Assembly (NCBI GenBank): GCA_047495785.1
Contig: JBLDXI010000019.1
Location: 1,178,001 to 1,242,000 of the forward strand
Direction of reading: 5' to 3'
Source of the DNA: Lepidodermella squamata
Taxonomy: Eukaryota > Animalia > Gastrotricha
Length of the DNA: 64,000 nt
The translations under genes and the position numbers were made by a program. Of this stretch, positions 52,740 to 64,000 are shown piece after piece (position 1 is the first letter of the stretch; each line of letters starts with the position of its first letter). Below the pieces are notes generated by a model. It saw only the letters and a list, made by a program, of their open reading frames with translations. It made no database searches and had not been told where the DNA came from.

Positions 52740-52825
52740 ATCACGGCTTGTTGAGTTATTCGGGGAAAAAAGAAGAATATTTTAAATTAATCTTACTATT
52801 AATTTGTTTTTGTGTAGAGCATGTG

Positions 52826-54496
52826 ATGTTATATTACGGTAATTTATCTCAAGAACAAGAACATGTCACCGAGGCACCGTTCGATGACAGCCATCTGCCT
52901 CGATCTGTAATGTCACCTTCGATTTTCAGCCGACCTGGAAATGGTACTGCTGGGGGTGCTGGCGCAGTTCCCCCTATCGTCTTACAACTCGATCGTGACA
53001 ATAAGGTGCTGCAAATGGCTGATGCATTTCTGGCTCATTACGAAACCGGAAGATTTTTGAGTCAACTGGCTTCTAATCCGGACGGAATCACCTGCGATTT
53101 TTTAATGCCACCTGTTGCCGCCCATCATTCCAATGCAGGGCGTTCGCCGTCTCCAGTTGTTTTTACACCAATTGCATCAAAGAGATCTCATCAAACTGAA
53201 AGTAACGAGGAGCCGATGAGTCATGCGACTTTTCAGCAACTCAATAAATTACCTGCTGGATTCACCGTATCGTCTCCTATAGATTCTGATGGATCAAGTA
53301 GTATTATGTCATCATCAGTCATGTCTTGGAGAAGTGAAATTGCAAGTAAGGCGCTATCTTATTACTCTGATTCTGGAGTTCCGGCTAGTGTTGATCAATT
53401 TCTAACCGGCGTAACGTCCGAACCTCCAAAGCAATTACTAAATTCTTCATCGTGGCTTGTTTCTGAACGAGACGTTCCGCCCAATGCTCAACAGTTACTC
53501 CCTATGCCTCTTTCCGTCCCTGCAATTCCTCCCGAATGGGATCCGTCTTTTTGCAATGCTGCCAATAATTCAAATACATCGCAATACGGCTCGTCGCCGT
53601 TGCGCGGCTCTGAGGAATGGGCGCCGCCGAGATTCCAAATCATTTGGACGTTACAGCCGCAAAAACCTGTCGCCCAAGCGGCGGAGCGTCAGCGTTTCCG
53701 TTGCGCTGGTTGTGGTCATTTAGTCGACAAGAGATTCCTGAAAAGTTTACGCTACTGCCATTACTACGGCCGGTATTTTTGCACACAGTGCCATACCAGT
53801 CAAAAAGCTGTCCTACCCGCTTATGTTATTCACAATTGGGACTTCACGCCGTACCAAGTCTCAGAACAAGCTGCTGATCTTCTGGTAGGGATAGCCAACG
53901 AGCCTTACTTTTTCGTGGCGCAAATCAACGCATCTTTATTCAAAAAACATCGATCATTACGGGAGGCTCAAAAATACAGGCTTCAGCTTGCATATCTATC
54001 CGCTTATATCAAGCAATGTCGAGAGGCTCAACGCGAACAACAGATAATCGGCAACACCGAAAATTGCCCAGCACATTGGTGCGATCAAGCCAATCCGTCG
54101 ATTTATTCAATCAGAGACCTTATAGGCGTGAAAGACAAGTCATTGCTGAATCGGTGGCGAGATTTGGTCGGGAGTTTGCGGAAACACGTGATTTCATGCC
54201 AGGCGTGTATGGGTCGCGGTTACGTCTGCGAGGGTTGCTGGAAACGCAACGATATAATATTTCCATTCGACGTCGATTCCGTTGTAGTGTGCCCTAATTG
54301 CCGGTTCTGTTTCCACCGGCAGTGCCACCCTCGCCCCGAAAATCCGGAACGGTGCCCTCGGTGCATTCGGCTCGAGCAACGGCGGCAACATCAATTGCAA
54401 ATAGAACAAAAAGAAGAGCAGAGAATTCTAGAGACAAACAGCAGTATCAAAGCTATGGCGGAGCATCAAAGCTTTCCTCCGGCATTTCTAGAGTAA
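52826..54496 (+). CDS. RUBCN: Rubicon-family protein (RH domain), single exon, no RUN domain
   Basis: 'WLVSERDVP..QQLLPMP', 'LRGSEEWAPPRFQII', 'QRFRCAGCG...RYCHYYGRYFCTQCH...LPAYVIHNWDF', 'GYVCEGC..IIFPF..CFHRQC..CPRCIR'. Confidence 0.88.
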   Translation: MLYYGNLSQEQEHVTEAPFDDSHLPRSVMSPSIFSRPGNGTAGGAGAVPPIVLQLDRDNKVLQMADAFLAHYETGRFLSQLASNPDGITCDFLMPPVAAHHSNAGRSPSPVVFTPIASKRSHQTESNEEPMSHATFQQLNKLPAGFTVSSPIDSDGSSSIMSSSVMSWRSEIASKALSYYSDSGVPASVDQFLTGVTSEPPKQLLNSSSWLVSERDVPPNAQQLLPMPLSVPAIPPEWDPSFCNAANNSNTSQYGSSPLRGSEEWAPPRFQIIWTLQPQKPVAQAAERQRFRCAGCGHLVDKRFLKSLRYCHYYGRYFCTQCHTSQKAVLPAYVIHNWDFTPYQVSEQAADLLVGIANEPYFFVAQINASLFKKHRSLREAQKYRLQLAYLSAYIKQCREAQREQQIIGNTENCPAHWCDQANPSIYSIRDLIGVKDKSLLNRWRDLVGSLRKHVISCQACMGRGYVCEGCWKRNDIIFPFDVDSVVVCPNCRFCFHRQCHPRPENPERCPRCIRLEQRRQHQLQIEQKEEQRILETNSSIKAMAEHQSFPPAFLE

Positions 54497-54770
54497 TTAG
54501 AAAACTTCAATTATCAAAGAAGTCGCTTGCTTTGGAATCATACTAATAATTATTATATTTATAATAATACCATTGCTATTTTTGTATATTATGTCACTTG
54601 TTATTCTTTGTAAAGCTTCCAATCGGACGAAAATTTGGTGATGATTAATGATTGTTTGAACTAGGCTTGCGTGCCATTGCAAAAATCGAAGCTGAAGTAA
54701 ACTTGATGAAATGCTGCCCAATCACAACATGCTGTTTTTCTTACATAGACCTGTTTTTTCGAGTAGTGAG

Positions 54771-55270
54771 ATGGAACCTGATGAAGATTATTCAGTGTCC
54801 TTCTGGAAAGTGCGGAATTTCGATGGAGTCAAAAGTATTGATATTGCCGAGTTGGACACAGTCGAGAGGCCATCGCAATTGCTACCCCAGCCACCTATGC
54901 CAAGTTAACACCCTTAATGAAACAAAACAATAATTCTAAGGTGATTTATTCTCTAGTTGACCAATCAGAGAAAGCGGCTTGCCAGTTGGGTCTTCTAGGC
55001 GCGATATTGCCGGCAACCTTAAATTCGACCATTTCGTTGTGCATGTCCAACTTGAATTTTCAGCTGGTGCTGGCGCGTCAGCACACCGAGACGCTGCAGC
55101 AGTGTGCCCAAAACTGGCAGTCAATGCAACGAAATATTCAAAATTTATCCAGAGAAATGACGGAACTAGCTAGCGAAGCATCGCTTCATAACTTTCATCT
55201 GCCAAAGCCTCAAGCTGCCGTGGTGAAACCACCCTCTGTTGTAACAAAACCTGTCAGCAAGAAAAAATAG
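54771..55270 (+). CDS. Small coiled-coil protein, possibly BLOC-1 subunit 3-like (2 exons)
   Basis: Intron about 54904-54956 joins MEPDEDYS...PPMP to IDQSEKAACQL...LQQCAQNWQSMQRNIQNLSREMTEL..LHNFHLP. The gene model is well supported; the family call is a weak resemblance only. Confidence 0.55.
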
Positions 55271-55632
55271 CGTGTTGTTTTTCATTTTTTAATCGTAATT
55301 TTCGAGATATTTATTTCACCTCATTCCTCGCCTTTTATAATCAAGGGTTCCGAATTTCCGATTGTGACTCGATTTTTTCACTACAAATTATAAAGGTGCG
55401 AAATAAATTTAATGTAAAGGACTCTGTCGGTGGTGTTTTTCTTGGGTGCATTTTACCCGGTATAACTAAATTCTTTTGAAGCAAACCAAGTTCAGAAAGA
55501 GATTGAAAATATATTGAATAATCGATAATCGAGACAGGAATAAACAAAAAGGTTTGAAAAAAATGTAGAAGACCGGATGAAAAACAGCGCACAGTTTTGA
55601 AATTCGACCGCAATTCAATATCTATGATAGTC

Positions 55633-56429
55633 TCAGGCTTTAGTGGAGCGAGAATGCGCTGCGCCAGTCTGCGACCGGCGGCTGCTGTTTTGCAGCGTAA
55701 AAGTTTGCCAGCTAACGAGATCGGCTGGGGGCACGTCGAGCCGTTGGCGGCGTGGCGATTGTGGCGCCATTTCAGATCCAACATTGTTGCCATTCGGGCG
55801 AGGCTCCAGGGTAGAAAATGGCACGTAGAAGTTGGTTCTCCATGTTTCCGGGTTCACCGGCGCCATCAGCGATTTGGCTGGCGGGGCAATCATTGTCCGA
55901 CCTCGAGTAAGCCGCGGTGAAGGGCTCTCGCTTTGAATCGGGCCATCGCATATATTGGGCAGACGAACCGCAGGAGCTGGAGTAAAATTACGCGGCGGAT
56001 GCTGATGGGTAGGATGTTCAACCTAAAATACAAGACTAGAAATGTGGAGCCGCTTGTTAACGCCTAACGAAGCATTATACATTGCCTGTTGCTAATCGCC
56101 AAGCGGCTTTGCCGCCTGGGATCGTGGCACATGCAAGGGGCATGTCGCGGTGAATGCCTTTAAAAGTTCGGGTGACGTTGTAGCTGAACGGATAGTCATT
56201 TTGGCCTGCCACTTGAAGTCTCCGCAACCGCTGACGTTCCAGCACGGTCTGAATAAAAAAAATTGTAAGATTATTTGCATCGCACCTGATTACATCAGTC
56301 ACTAACCCAAGATATGGTGTTTGGAGTTGAGATGTAAGGATACGCATGGACGCTATGGGTTAGGAACGAAGGCGCTAGCGGCTGACACGCCGGCGCATGT
56401 TCGAAGTTGAATTTGTTTGATGCCACCAT
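55633..56429 (-). CDS. Orphan Pro/Arg-rich protein, 3 exons
   Basis: MVASNKF...NTISW|TVLERQRLRR...RLATGN|VEHPTHQHPP...STKA*; both introns are phase 0 GT-AG and keep frame. Confidence 0.7.
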
Positions 56430-57699
56430 TTCTCAGAGACGACACATAGATAAATAAAAAAATTTGTTTTACCTAGAAGTAAAGTCTAGAAAGTAAAAAA
56501 TAAAATGCACCCATATATGCGAGATCTTTTCATGTCTTGTACATTCAGACGTGTTTGCATTCAGATTATTTCTGTGTAATATGCTCGCCACACGCACATG
56601 CTTATTTTCAAAGAAGTACAGCGGATCGGTGGCGCAAAACGCGCGCTGCTAAGCAACAAGACCGCAGTCGATACTCTAGACCGCGTGAGCGATAGGTTTC
56701 GTTAGTGTAGGATTGATTTTTGGTAAAGACGTCCAAGGCACTCGATGCCAAAAAAGCATCAAGGGCTACGTAAAAAAGTCGACCCCTCAAGCCAAAGATT
56801 GCTTCAAGTAGGGACACTTGACAGTTTTTTTAATTGTTAAATAATTGCTTTCGTATTGTTTGCATGGATGTTGAATCGAATGACTGGATTAATTTCCATG
56901 TTATCACATCGGCTTCTGAATTCGCAACCTGAATTTTCCGAATTTCGAACTTAATTAAACATCGCAGGGCAGCGATTCTTCAGCTTGTATCAACGAACTT
57001 GAAATCGGGCTATGTAAAATGGTTGCGCCCTTGATTGGCGTGAATAATCTACGAATGAAAGTAACCAGCTATTATCATGCACTTATTTTTTATTTCATTT
57101 GACTTAGAGCTGATAACTGATTATAAGTGTTCGATTTTGTCACAATATACGCCGCTTTCATCTATTCGATCCAGTTGATAGCCTGGGTATAAGAGAGAAC
57201 ATAGCATCCAACTGTGCCGATAGCCGAGCTATTTCTTGCCTGCGAAGTATAAAAAAATTAATGAGAAAAAGATTGAAAGTAAGGCATAGTCACCTTGATC
57301 GTTCTCTTTCGTAGTCCAAAGCCACTGTAAAGTAAGCAGGAAAAAAAAACATTCATGACATGGTAAGAAATGGTACAAAATGAAGAGAGCATAAGTATTC
57401 CTTAATTGTTTGAGCCCCATTTCCGAGAAAACAAAAAAGACAAATTTCCCGGCTAACCAGATTATCTTCATATAATCTGGCTTGATAATGTCACTTTAGA
57501 TCCTACCCGAAACAAAATCCAAACTTGGAAATTGCGGTGGTATGTAAAAATGATCTCACAATGTGGGATACACAACTACTCCATATCGTCGAGATTCACA
57601 TGAACATCCAAGTCCAAGGACTTTCAACAAGCCTAAACTGTGTAAATTTCATGTTTCCAGCAAAGAAGAAGGATGCAAGTTGATGCGCCAATACTAGGT

Positions 57700-58041
57700 T
57701 AAAAAAAGCTGAGTCTGGGTAACTTGCATTGATTTGCCCGTTGATCTCGCTCAGCGACATCTTTTTTCAACTGCTCAATCTGCTTTTTCAAGTCATCCAT
57801 CTCTTTCTTCGTCTTTTCAGCATCGATAGCAGCTTGCATCTAAATTGCCCTGTAAACTGAAATCGAAATAAATGTGGCGACGAAAATTTACCGCAGCCGT
57901 AATATGAGGGCGAGAGACGAAGACGTCGACAAGCCGAGATTGGGCTCGGACTGCATTTTTCACCAAAGCCTTCTTGGTTCCCCTCACAACCCGGCCGGTC
58001 CATGCTAGAATGCGGTCCAAGTCGTCTGGAGGCTCAGCCAT
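57700..58041 (-). CDS. Small coiled-coil protein, 3' end unresolved
   Basis: MAEPPDDLDRILAW...PHITAA|MQAAIDAEKTKKEMDDLKKQIEQLKKDVAERDQRANQ via a phase 0 intron; downstream exon not resolved. Confidence 0.5.
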
Positions 58042-59855
58042 TAAAACGATAGATTCAAGATTACTCGGTGGAGTTGAAACAACAGGAATTTAGCACTGCT
58101 AGCTTCAACTGAAGCATCGCATGAATAATGAGCCCGGTCAAAACAAGTCCCGTGTTCAACGAATAGGCCTTTATTGCGAGCGAAACGTCAAATGCATAAT
58201 TCAGCTCAGTAACTGTTTACTGAATTTCCAAAATTAATAGGTGATTATTTGATATATACTCAACTTCATCGTTTGCAACACAACATGCAAGGCGAGTGTT
58301 TGTTTTGCATTCATAATATTATCAAGTTTAATATAATAGCATTTTTAATATCATCTCAGTATAAATAAAAGATAATAAATTTGAAATAGCAGTTGTGTCT
58401 CGATTAGACGGAAAAGAGGACAGTGCTTCGTGGACTAAGAAAGCGACTCGATGCGCGAATGCACCTCTATGCAGGCATCGATAAGAACGATGGGAAGTTA
58501 TTCAAGTTGCTGTCTTGTATTTTCATTCATTTTTCATTTTTATGCAGAATAAAATATTGTAATCTTTGACAAGAAATATAATAAGCAGAGGAACCAGAGC
58601 AATCGTAACATCGATCAGCTATTACGGGCTATTTTGTTCTTGCCGAGAAGCGATTGACACGATCTGAGCGAATTAATTTGACAGCAACTCGAATCCTAAT
58701 AAGGAAATGAACCAAATGTTCACGCAGTAACGATGATAGATGAGAATGTAGAACTAGCCACAGGTTTGTAAGCGTTAACGAGCTATACCCGTCGATTACG
58801 ATATGGAAAATACAAAAAGAGTAAACCCACGCTGATCGTAATATTTACAATTCCTAAACCTAGTTTTTACGCCTCATGAGACAGTAGTAGTAGTAATAAA
58901 TAGGTTTCAAGTTGGTGTACAAAAAGGGTTGACGGCTCTAAGAGGGCAACTTTAACCAACAATATCATTACAAATTTGCGCTACACAGAGCACCAGGAAA
59001 AAGCGCAATCACGCGGATAATAATAATAATAGTTATTATTATAATAAGTAGGCTATTGAAGAAATGGAGCAAATGACGAAGGTTAGACTAAGTTGGGCAA
59101 TGATAGCTCAAAGCTAGATATCGCCTAAATAAAATATTGCTAATTCGCTTAGACGCTAATAGAAGCAGTTTCATGCGGAGGAAGGCAACGCGTTGAACAA
59201 AGCTTTCAATACATTATTATTATTAGGATCATGCTAAAACACAGTATAAAAATTGAAATGACTATCGAAACAGTTTTCCGTATGAAATTCACAATGCATA
59301 GTAGCGTCGGTACCAACAACTCCAGATAACGTTCCATGTCCGATTCTCCGTAAGTAAAAATCGTGAAGTAGATTAGGCATGCTCACAAGAAGGGTAGCAG
59401 TAATAAAATGAATCGTACAAGTAAAAAGTACAGCGCGATGCAGAAATTGCGAAACTTTTGAAGTAGCATATAACGTAAAATTTGATCCGATTCTCATCGC
59501 CCAGGTCAGAACTACTAGTTGAAATTTTTGAGCGAAAAATCTATCAGCACCATTGTAATTCATCAGAAGCATAGATTTGTCAACAGAGAGATAGAGAGAG
59601 CTTTTGCCTCTACTTTATAGAGGGAAGAACGTCTATTTTTATAGAAAAAATTTCATCTTATATAATATAACAACAACAATTTCATGCTTCCTTGTTGTTA
59701 CTATACTATACAGAAAAGAACGATAATCACAGGCCCTATAAAAACGAACACGCTTTTCGAGAAGACACGAACGAAAAACTTGATCAAAGCACGAAATTAT
59801 AATATGATATTATGATGATTAGCACTGATTAATAGGTTGTTGACAACAATTCATC

Positions 59856-62800
59856 TCATTTCGATAATTTCGAGATGACTCGTATCAGGGCACAATTTTC
59901 ATCCTTCAGGCGTTGGTTTTCGGCTCGAAGTCGTTCAAGTTCGCGCGTTTCTTCCTCCAGTTCCGAGACACGGCGCTGCAGTGACCGTTTATCACGCTGC
60001 AACTCAGTCATCTGCGACGACATCTGCCGGCTCTGCGTCTTCAACCGCTCGTTCTCGGCACGCTCCAACTCGTACAACCGGTCGTACTCGACGAGGAACG
60101 ACGACGCCCCGGTCGATGAAGTGGAGGCAGTCGAGGAGGTTGAAGGCGTCGACGAGCTGGCCTGAGCGGCATCTGGTGCGCCTTTCGACGCAGCAGATAG
60201 CTGCTGTTGCTGCTGCTGCTGTTGCTCGCGTCGACTCAACGCCAACGGAATGCCAGTATTGTTATTCGATGTTGAGCCTTGCGTCGAAGACAAATTGCTG
60301 CTGGGATTCGTCGCCGAACTGTCGGTGGCAGGTGGGGCTACAGAGGTCGATCCAACCTTTAACGCAGTGGTGAGAATATACGAACAATATTAGAATACAG
60401 AAACGCCATCATGAAACTATGATGTTTTTCCGACAACACTCTGGCCACCTGCAATACATTACTATTTTCGTCTATTATGTGGTGTTATTTATCTTTTGGC
60501 AGTCCATATAGATTTCACAATCACATGTATACAAATGACTTCACTAATAGGATAATATAAAGCGCCAACATCACAGCTCGAGTCGCTATTCATCACCGCT
60601 TATTATCATCGGTATATGCGCGTTATATAGAGGGCCTCGCGCTTTAACTGGAACAACCCAGAAAAAACTGCGCATCGGCAGTGGATTCATACGGCCGCGT
60701 ATCGGGATCACATGGCGCCCCCGACCAACACATAAAGAGCGGCGAACTGCGCTTGCGTGGCCGCTTCTTAGCAACGCAAGGGTATAAATATACAGCCCTA
60801 CAAGCAGTCAGCTCTCGAGTAAACACGCGCTGCCTTATACGAACCAAAACATTACCTGCACCAATTGCCATTATTATTAATGCATGGAAAGCGAGATATA
60901 GCGCTCGTGCACGCTCTCCGATTGCTCGCAGATAAGGCCCTGTGTTAGACTATTTCATGTACTGTTTCTACGGGCCAGCTTCGATATTAGGCAGCAGCAG
61001 CAGCAAAAAAGCGGTACCGCAGATGCTGAAGGATGGGCTAGTATCTAGCATTATACCATGGCTATACGCAGCGTTGTTATACATGCGTTCGAACGCGCGT
61101 TGATCTCTATACAAGACTTGCTGCCGCCGCCGCATCACCACATACACAGCTGCTGGCGGCCCATTTGCAGAGCCTCGCCACTGTTATTTGTTGTGTTTCA
61201 CCTATCAGAAAATGGGCTTTGGCTCTTTGTTAGTGGGTGTAACACACCCTCGCCGGGCACTGATCACTGTCGCACAAGCGACATGGATCCAGGCTGTCAT
61301 ACCCCTGATCGCTGAGCTATCGATCATGTTCCCAGCTATCTATGGACCTTGCCTAACCGAGGCCTGGCTGGGTTTGCCGATTTCATGGGGTCCCGCGAAG
61401 GTATATTGCTCGATGGCCACAAGTGACGCGCCGGCGCCTACGTTCTGGGTGGCGGTATCCCTACCTGAAATACCGTTTTTTAGCGCAACCGCAGCCGCCC
61501 TACCGCCAACAATGACCCTCGCTTTACCGCAATTACTATGGATTCCGCTATTAAACGTCGAGCTTTACGAATGGATGGACGCTATAGCAACCGCGATTCA
61601 TCTAGAGGTTCCACTTACAATTTTGGACGAATATGGCGTTCTAGAATTTTGCGAGCCTCTCTGGGACTTTTTCGCCGAATTTTTCCGATGCATGGCTGAT
61701 ACCGTGTTTTTTATTTCCCTACTATACACAGCAACTCTTGGGTAAGGATTTAAGAATTTCAGTGAAAACAGGATAAACAATGAGTGTCATTGTTGTTATT
61801 TTTGTGACTAAAGGCGATTGCTGGCCGTATTCTCAGCCAGCATCGGAGCCCTGACAGGCCTAGCCGGTGATCTTTGGTTAGATTTTGGTCATGCGTGCTT
61901 ACAATTCGACTCAGCGTTCCTGACGAGCGGACTCATGGAATCTTCGCCGTCGATGATTGTTATGTAGATCAAGGGAATGACGCGTGTATATGTACATAAA
62001 ATTGCTATAAACTCTTGTAATCATCATTATGATCATGATCTTTCGTGCCGCCTTTAATACTGACGAGTAGTAAAAAAAAATGACCGAAATAACGATGATT
62101 TAACGCATGAGTGTTTTTATCGCTAATGGCTGAATGACTCACCGATGAATTCTGAGCGCTCGAATTCGAACCGTTCGTACTAGCCAGCGCTTCGGCAGCT
62201 TCCGAAACTTCGGCCTGGTTAATGCCGGTACTGCGTCTCGGCGGTTGTCGCCGACGCGATGAAGACGCCGTGGCAGCTGGCAGGGCTTGAGAGGTGCTCA
62301 TTTGGTTGGACGCGTTGTTCGCGGGAACGGCGGCGGCGGGCACAGCAGACGGGACTAGGTTGGTCGCGGCACTGTTGGGCTGGCCGTTCGACCCGCCGTA
62401 CATTCTCGACGAGCCCGAGCCGCTTTGCGAGGTGCTGCTCGATGACGCCAACGCAGACGTGGCGTAGACGAGCGACGGGGTGATTTGCGTTATTGGCGAC
62501 ACCGTGCCAATGACCGGAGTGGAAGTCGACGAAACTGGGTACTGTTGCTGTTGAATTGCCGAGCCTGATAGACCTTTGCTGGTGGCAGTATTCAGCGAGG
62601 AGGGAGGAAGGCCGAATGAGGTCGACACAGGCGCAGCAGTTGCTACGACAGCTTGAGTCGGCGGTACACTCGGCTGGTCGGTTGTCGCAATGCTTTTCGC
62701 TTGAGTGAAGTCCTCCAAGGTAACACCTTGCGTCGCTCTTCGTGTTTGCCGATTGTGACGAGCGCGAGCCTAGAAAAAATTTGGTTATCCTTGAAATTTA

Positions 62801-64000
62801 AAATAAAAATTCCCAGCATACCTTTCTTTCAGCTTCAGCTTCATCGGCGTTAGATCTGTTGGCACTTCCGGCTGAACTGCTTGGTGGCGTAGCGGAAATA
62901 ATCGAGGTAGACGGGGTATTAGCCGTGCTGTGTTGGGGCGTGACCGCAGTAACTGGAGTTGCCAAAACAGCCACCATGCCAGTTGTGTTCGGCTGGTCTT
63001 CGACCGAACCTGCGTAACTGCTTTGTTCCTGAGTTATAAAAAAACGGATTTTAGAAAGAGTTGATATCAAAATAATCAAGTCTCAAAACATGCAGAACAC
63101 GTGAATTAATGATGCGTTAGATGTTTTGCTACCGACAATGTCTACCTTTAACGGTGCGAGTGACGATGCTGGTTGGCTCAACAACTGATACGGAGGCGAA
63201 CGAGAGCGTGAAGCCACGTTGTTACTAATGTTAGTCGCTAAACTAGAACCACCATTAATCGAAGTCGACATAGAGACTACGGGCGATAGCGTGCTCGTCA
63301 CCGTTGTAGTCGTGACACCGGGCCGTGCCGGGTACGGCGAGGCCAGTGTCTGATTTATCACTGGAACGTGGCGACTTGCCGCAGCAGCAGCCGCCGATGA
63401 GCTTCGATGAACCATCGTAAAAACAGGCACACTACGCGTCGATTGCTGTTGGATTCTATTCGCATCTTCCGAGGCGACCAGCGTACTGATAGGGCGCTGC
63501 GTGATCGGGCGTCGCACATTGACTTGTTGCGGCGGGGCTTGGTTTGGGGTTATCGCAGATGTTGGAGAGGGAGGCGAGGGAGAGGAAGACATCGAGGAAG
63601 ACGACGAGGAGGACATCTCGACAGTCGGGGTCAAGTTCGAGGGCATCTTACTGAGCTCTTCGACTAGGGCCCGGCTGATACCAGGGCCAAGCCCGTTGTT
63701 ACTAACCGACCCACTCGAAGCAGCGAACGTGGGCAATTTGAGGGATGCACTATCATTAGCATTGCTAGTGTTATTAATAACTGTGGCACTAGATGTAGCT
63801 GAAAGCTTCGGCGTGCTTGTGAGAAATGCTGATGATGCTGATGTGCTATCATTCGTGACTGTAGTAGGATTTGACAACGTGGCACTAACTGGTCGTGCTC
63901 TCCCGACGATACTCGGCATCGTCGGCGAGCTGGTCGAAGTAGTGATTGGCTGAACCGCAACCTGCCGGGTAGCATTGCTGCCGTTTTGCGCGGCATTCCG
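59856..64000 (-). CDS. PPP1R12A: Myosin phosphatase targeting subunit MYPT1/Mbs, C-terminal part
   Basis: 'EAEAERK|ARARHNRQTRRATQGVTLEDF', 'RRSTGI', and leucine zipper 'ENQRLKDENCALIRVISKLSK*'; large intron 60357-62142. Confidence 0.93.
61212..61967 (+). CDS. Orphan hydrophobic 227-aa protein nested antisense in the MYPT1 intron (2 exons)
   Basis: Exon 61212-61741, intron 61742-61813 (GTAAGG...CTAAAG), exon 61814-61967 continues in frame for 50 more hydrophobic codons. Confidence 0.6.

Noticed and set aside
52720-52830. DPH2-Rubicon fusion protein through splicing
   Set aside because: The plausible donor CAG|GCAAAT is phase 0 and runs into AGC ATG TGA, a stop.
57788-57830. In-frame TGA after CYRC as selenocysteine
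   Set aside because: An alternative acceptor (ATTTAG|ATGCAA) gives a clean coiled-coil frame, and no SECIS was seen.

Overview
Gene-dense animal (invertebrate-type) nuclear DNA with very short, mostly 45-70 bp GT-AG introns and short intergenic spacers. In order, the genes I can reconstruct are: NELL-like (5' end cut by the window), ATG5, RPL36A, a prothymosin-like acidic protein, STK33, an LRP4-like receptor with two alternative N-termini, ARFGAP2/3, an F-box/WD40 protein, PPP1R32/SAXO4, GTF2H2, RUNX head-to-head with a divergent SUPT3H, a 55-aa membrane smORF, a ZNF280/POGZ-like zinc finger, a GPI-anchored Ser-Gly proteoglycan, FDX1, DPH2, a RUN-less Rubicon, a possible BLOC1S3, two orphan genes, and MYPT1/PPP1R12 (5' end cut). 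Two rearrangements (42849-43039 and 47173-49240) both begin with the 17-mer ACACATCTCGTGAGAGT, which I recognise from memory as PacBio barcode bc1003 plus its T overhang. They, including the second FDX1 copy, are very probably chimeric-read assembly artefacts. The best biological leads are: a spliced, very hydrophobic orphan gene nested antisense in the 1.8-kb MYPT1 intron; operon-like gene pairs with intron-like spacers and no canonical polyA signal; a RUNX with altered DNA-contact residues, a non-terminal WRPY and a dense upstream cluster of Runx sites; and two unidentified highly structured elements. I found no CRISPR array, rRNA, tRNA or intact transposon. All gene models are manual and family calls rest on remembered motifs, not database searches.
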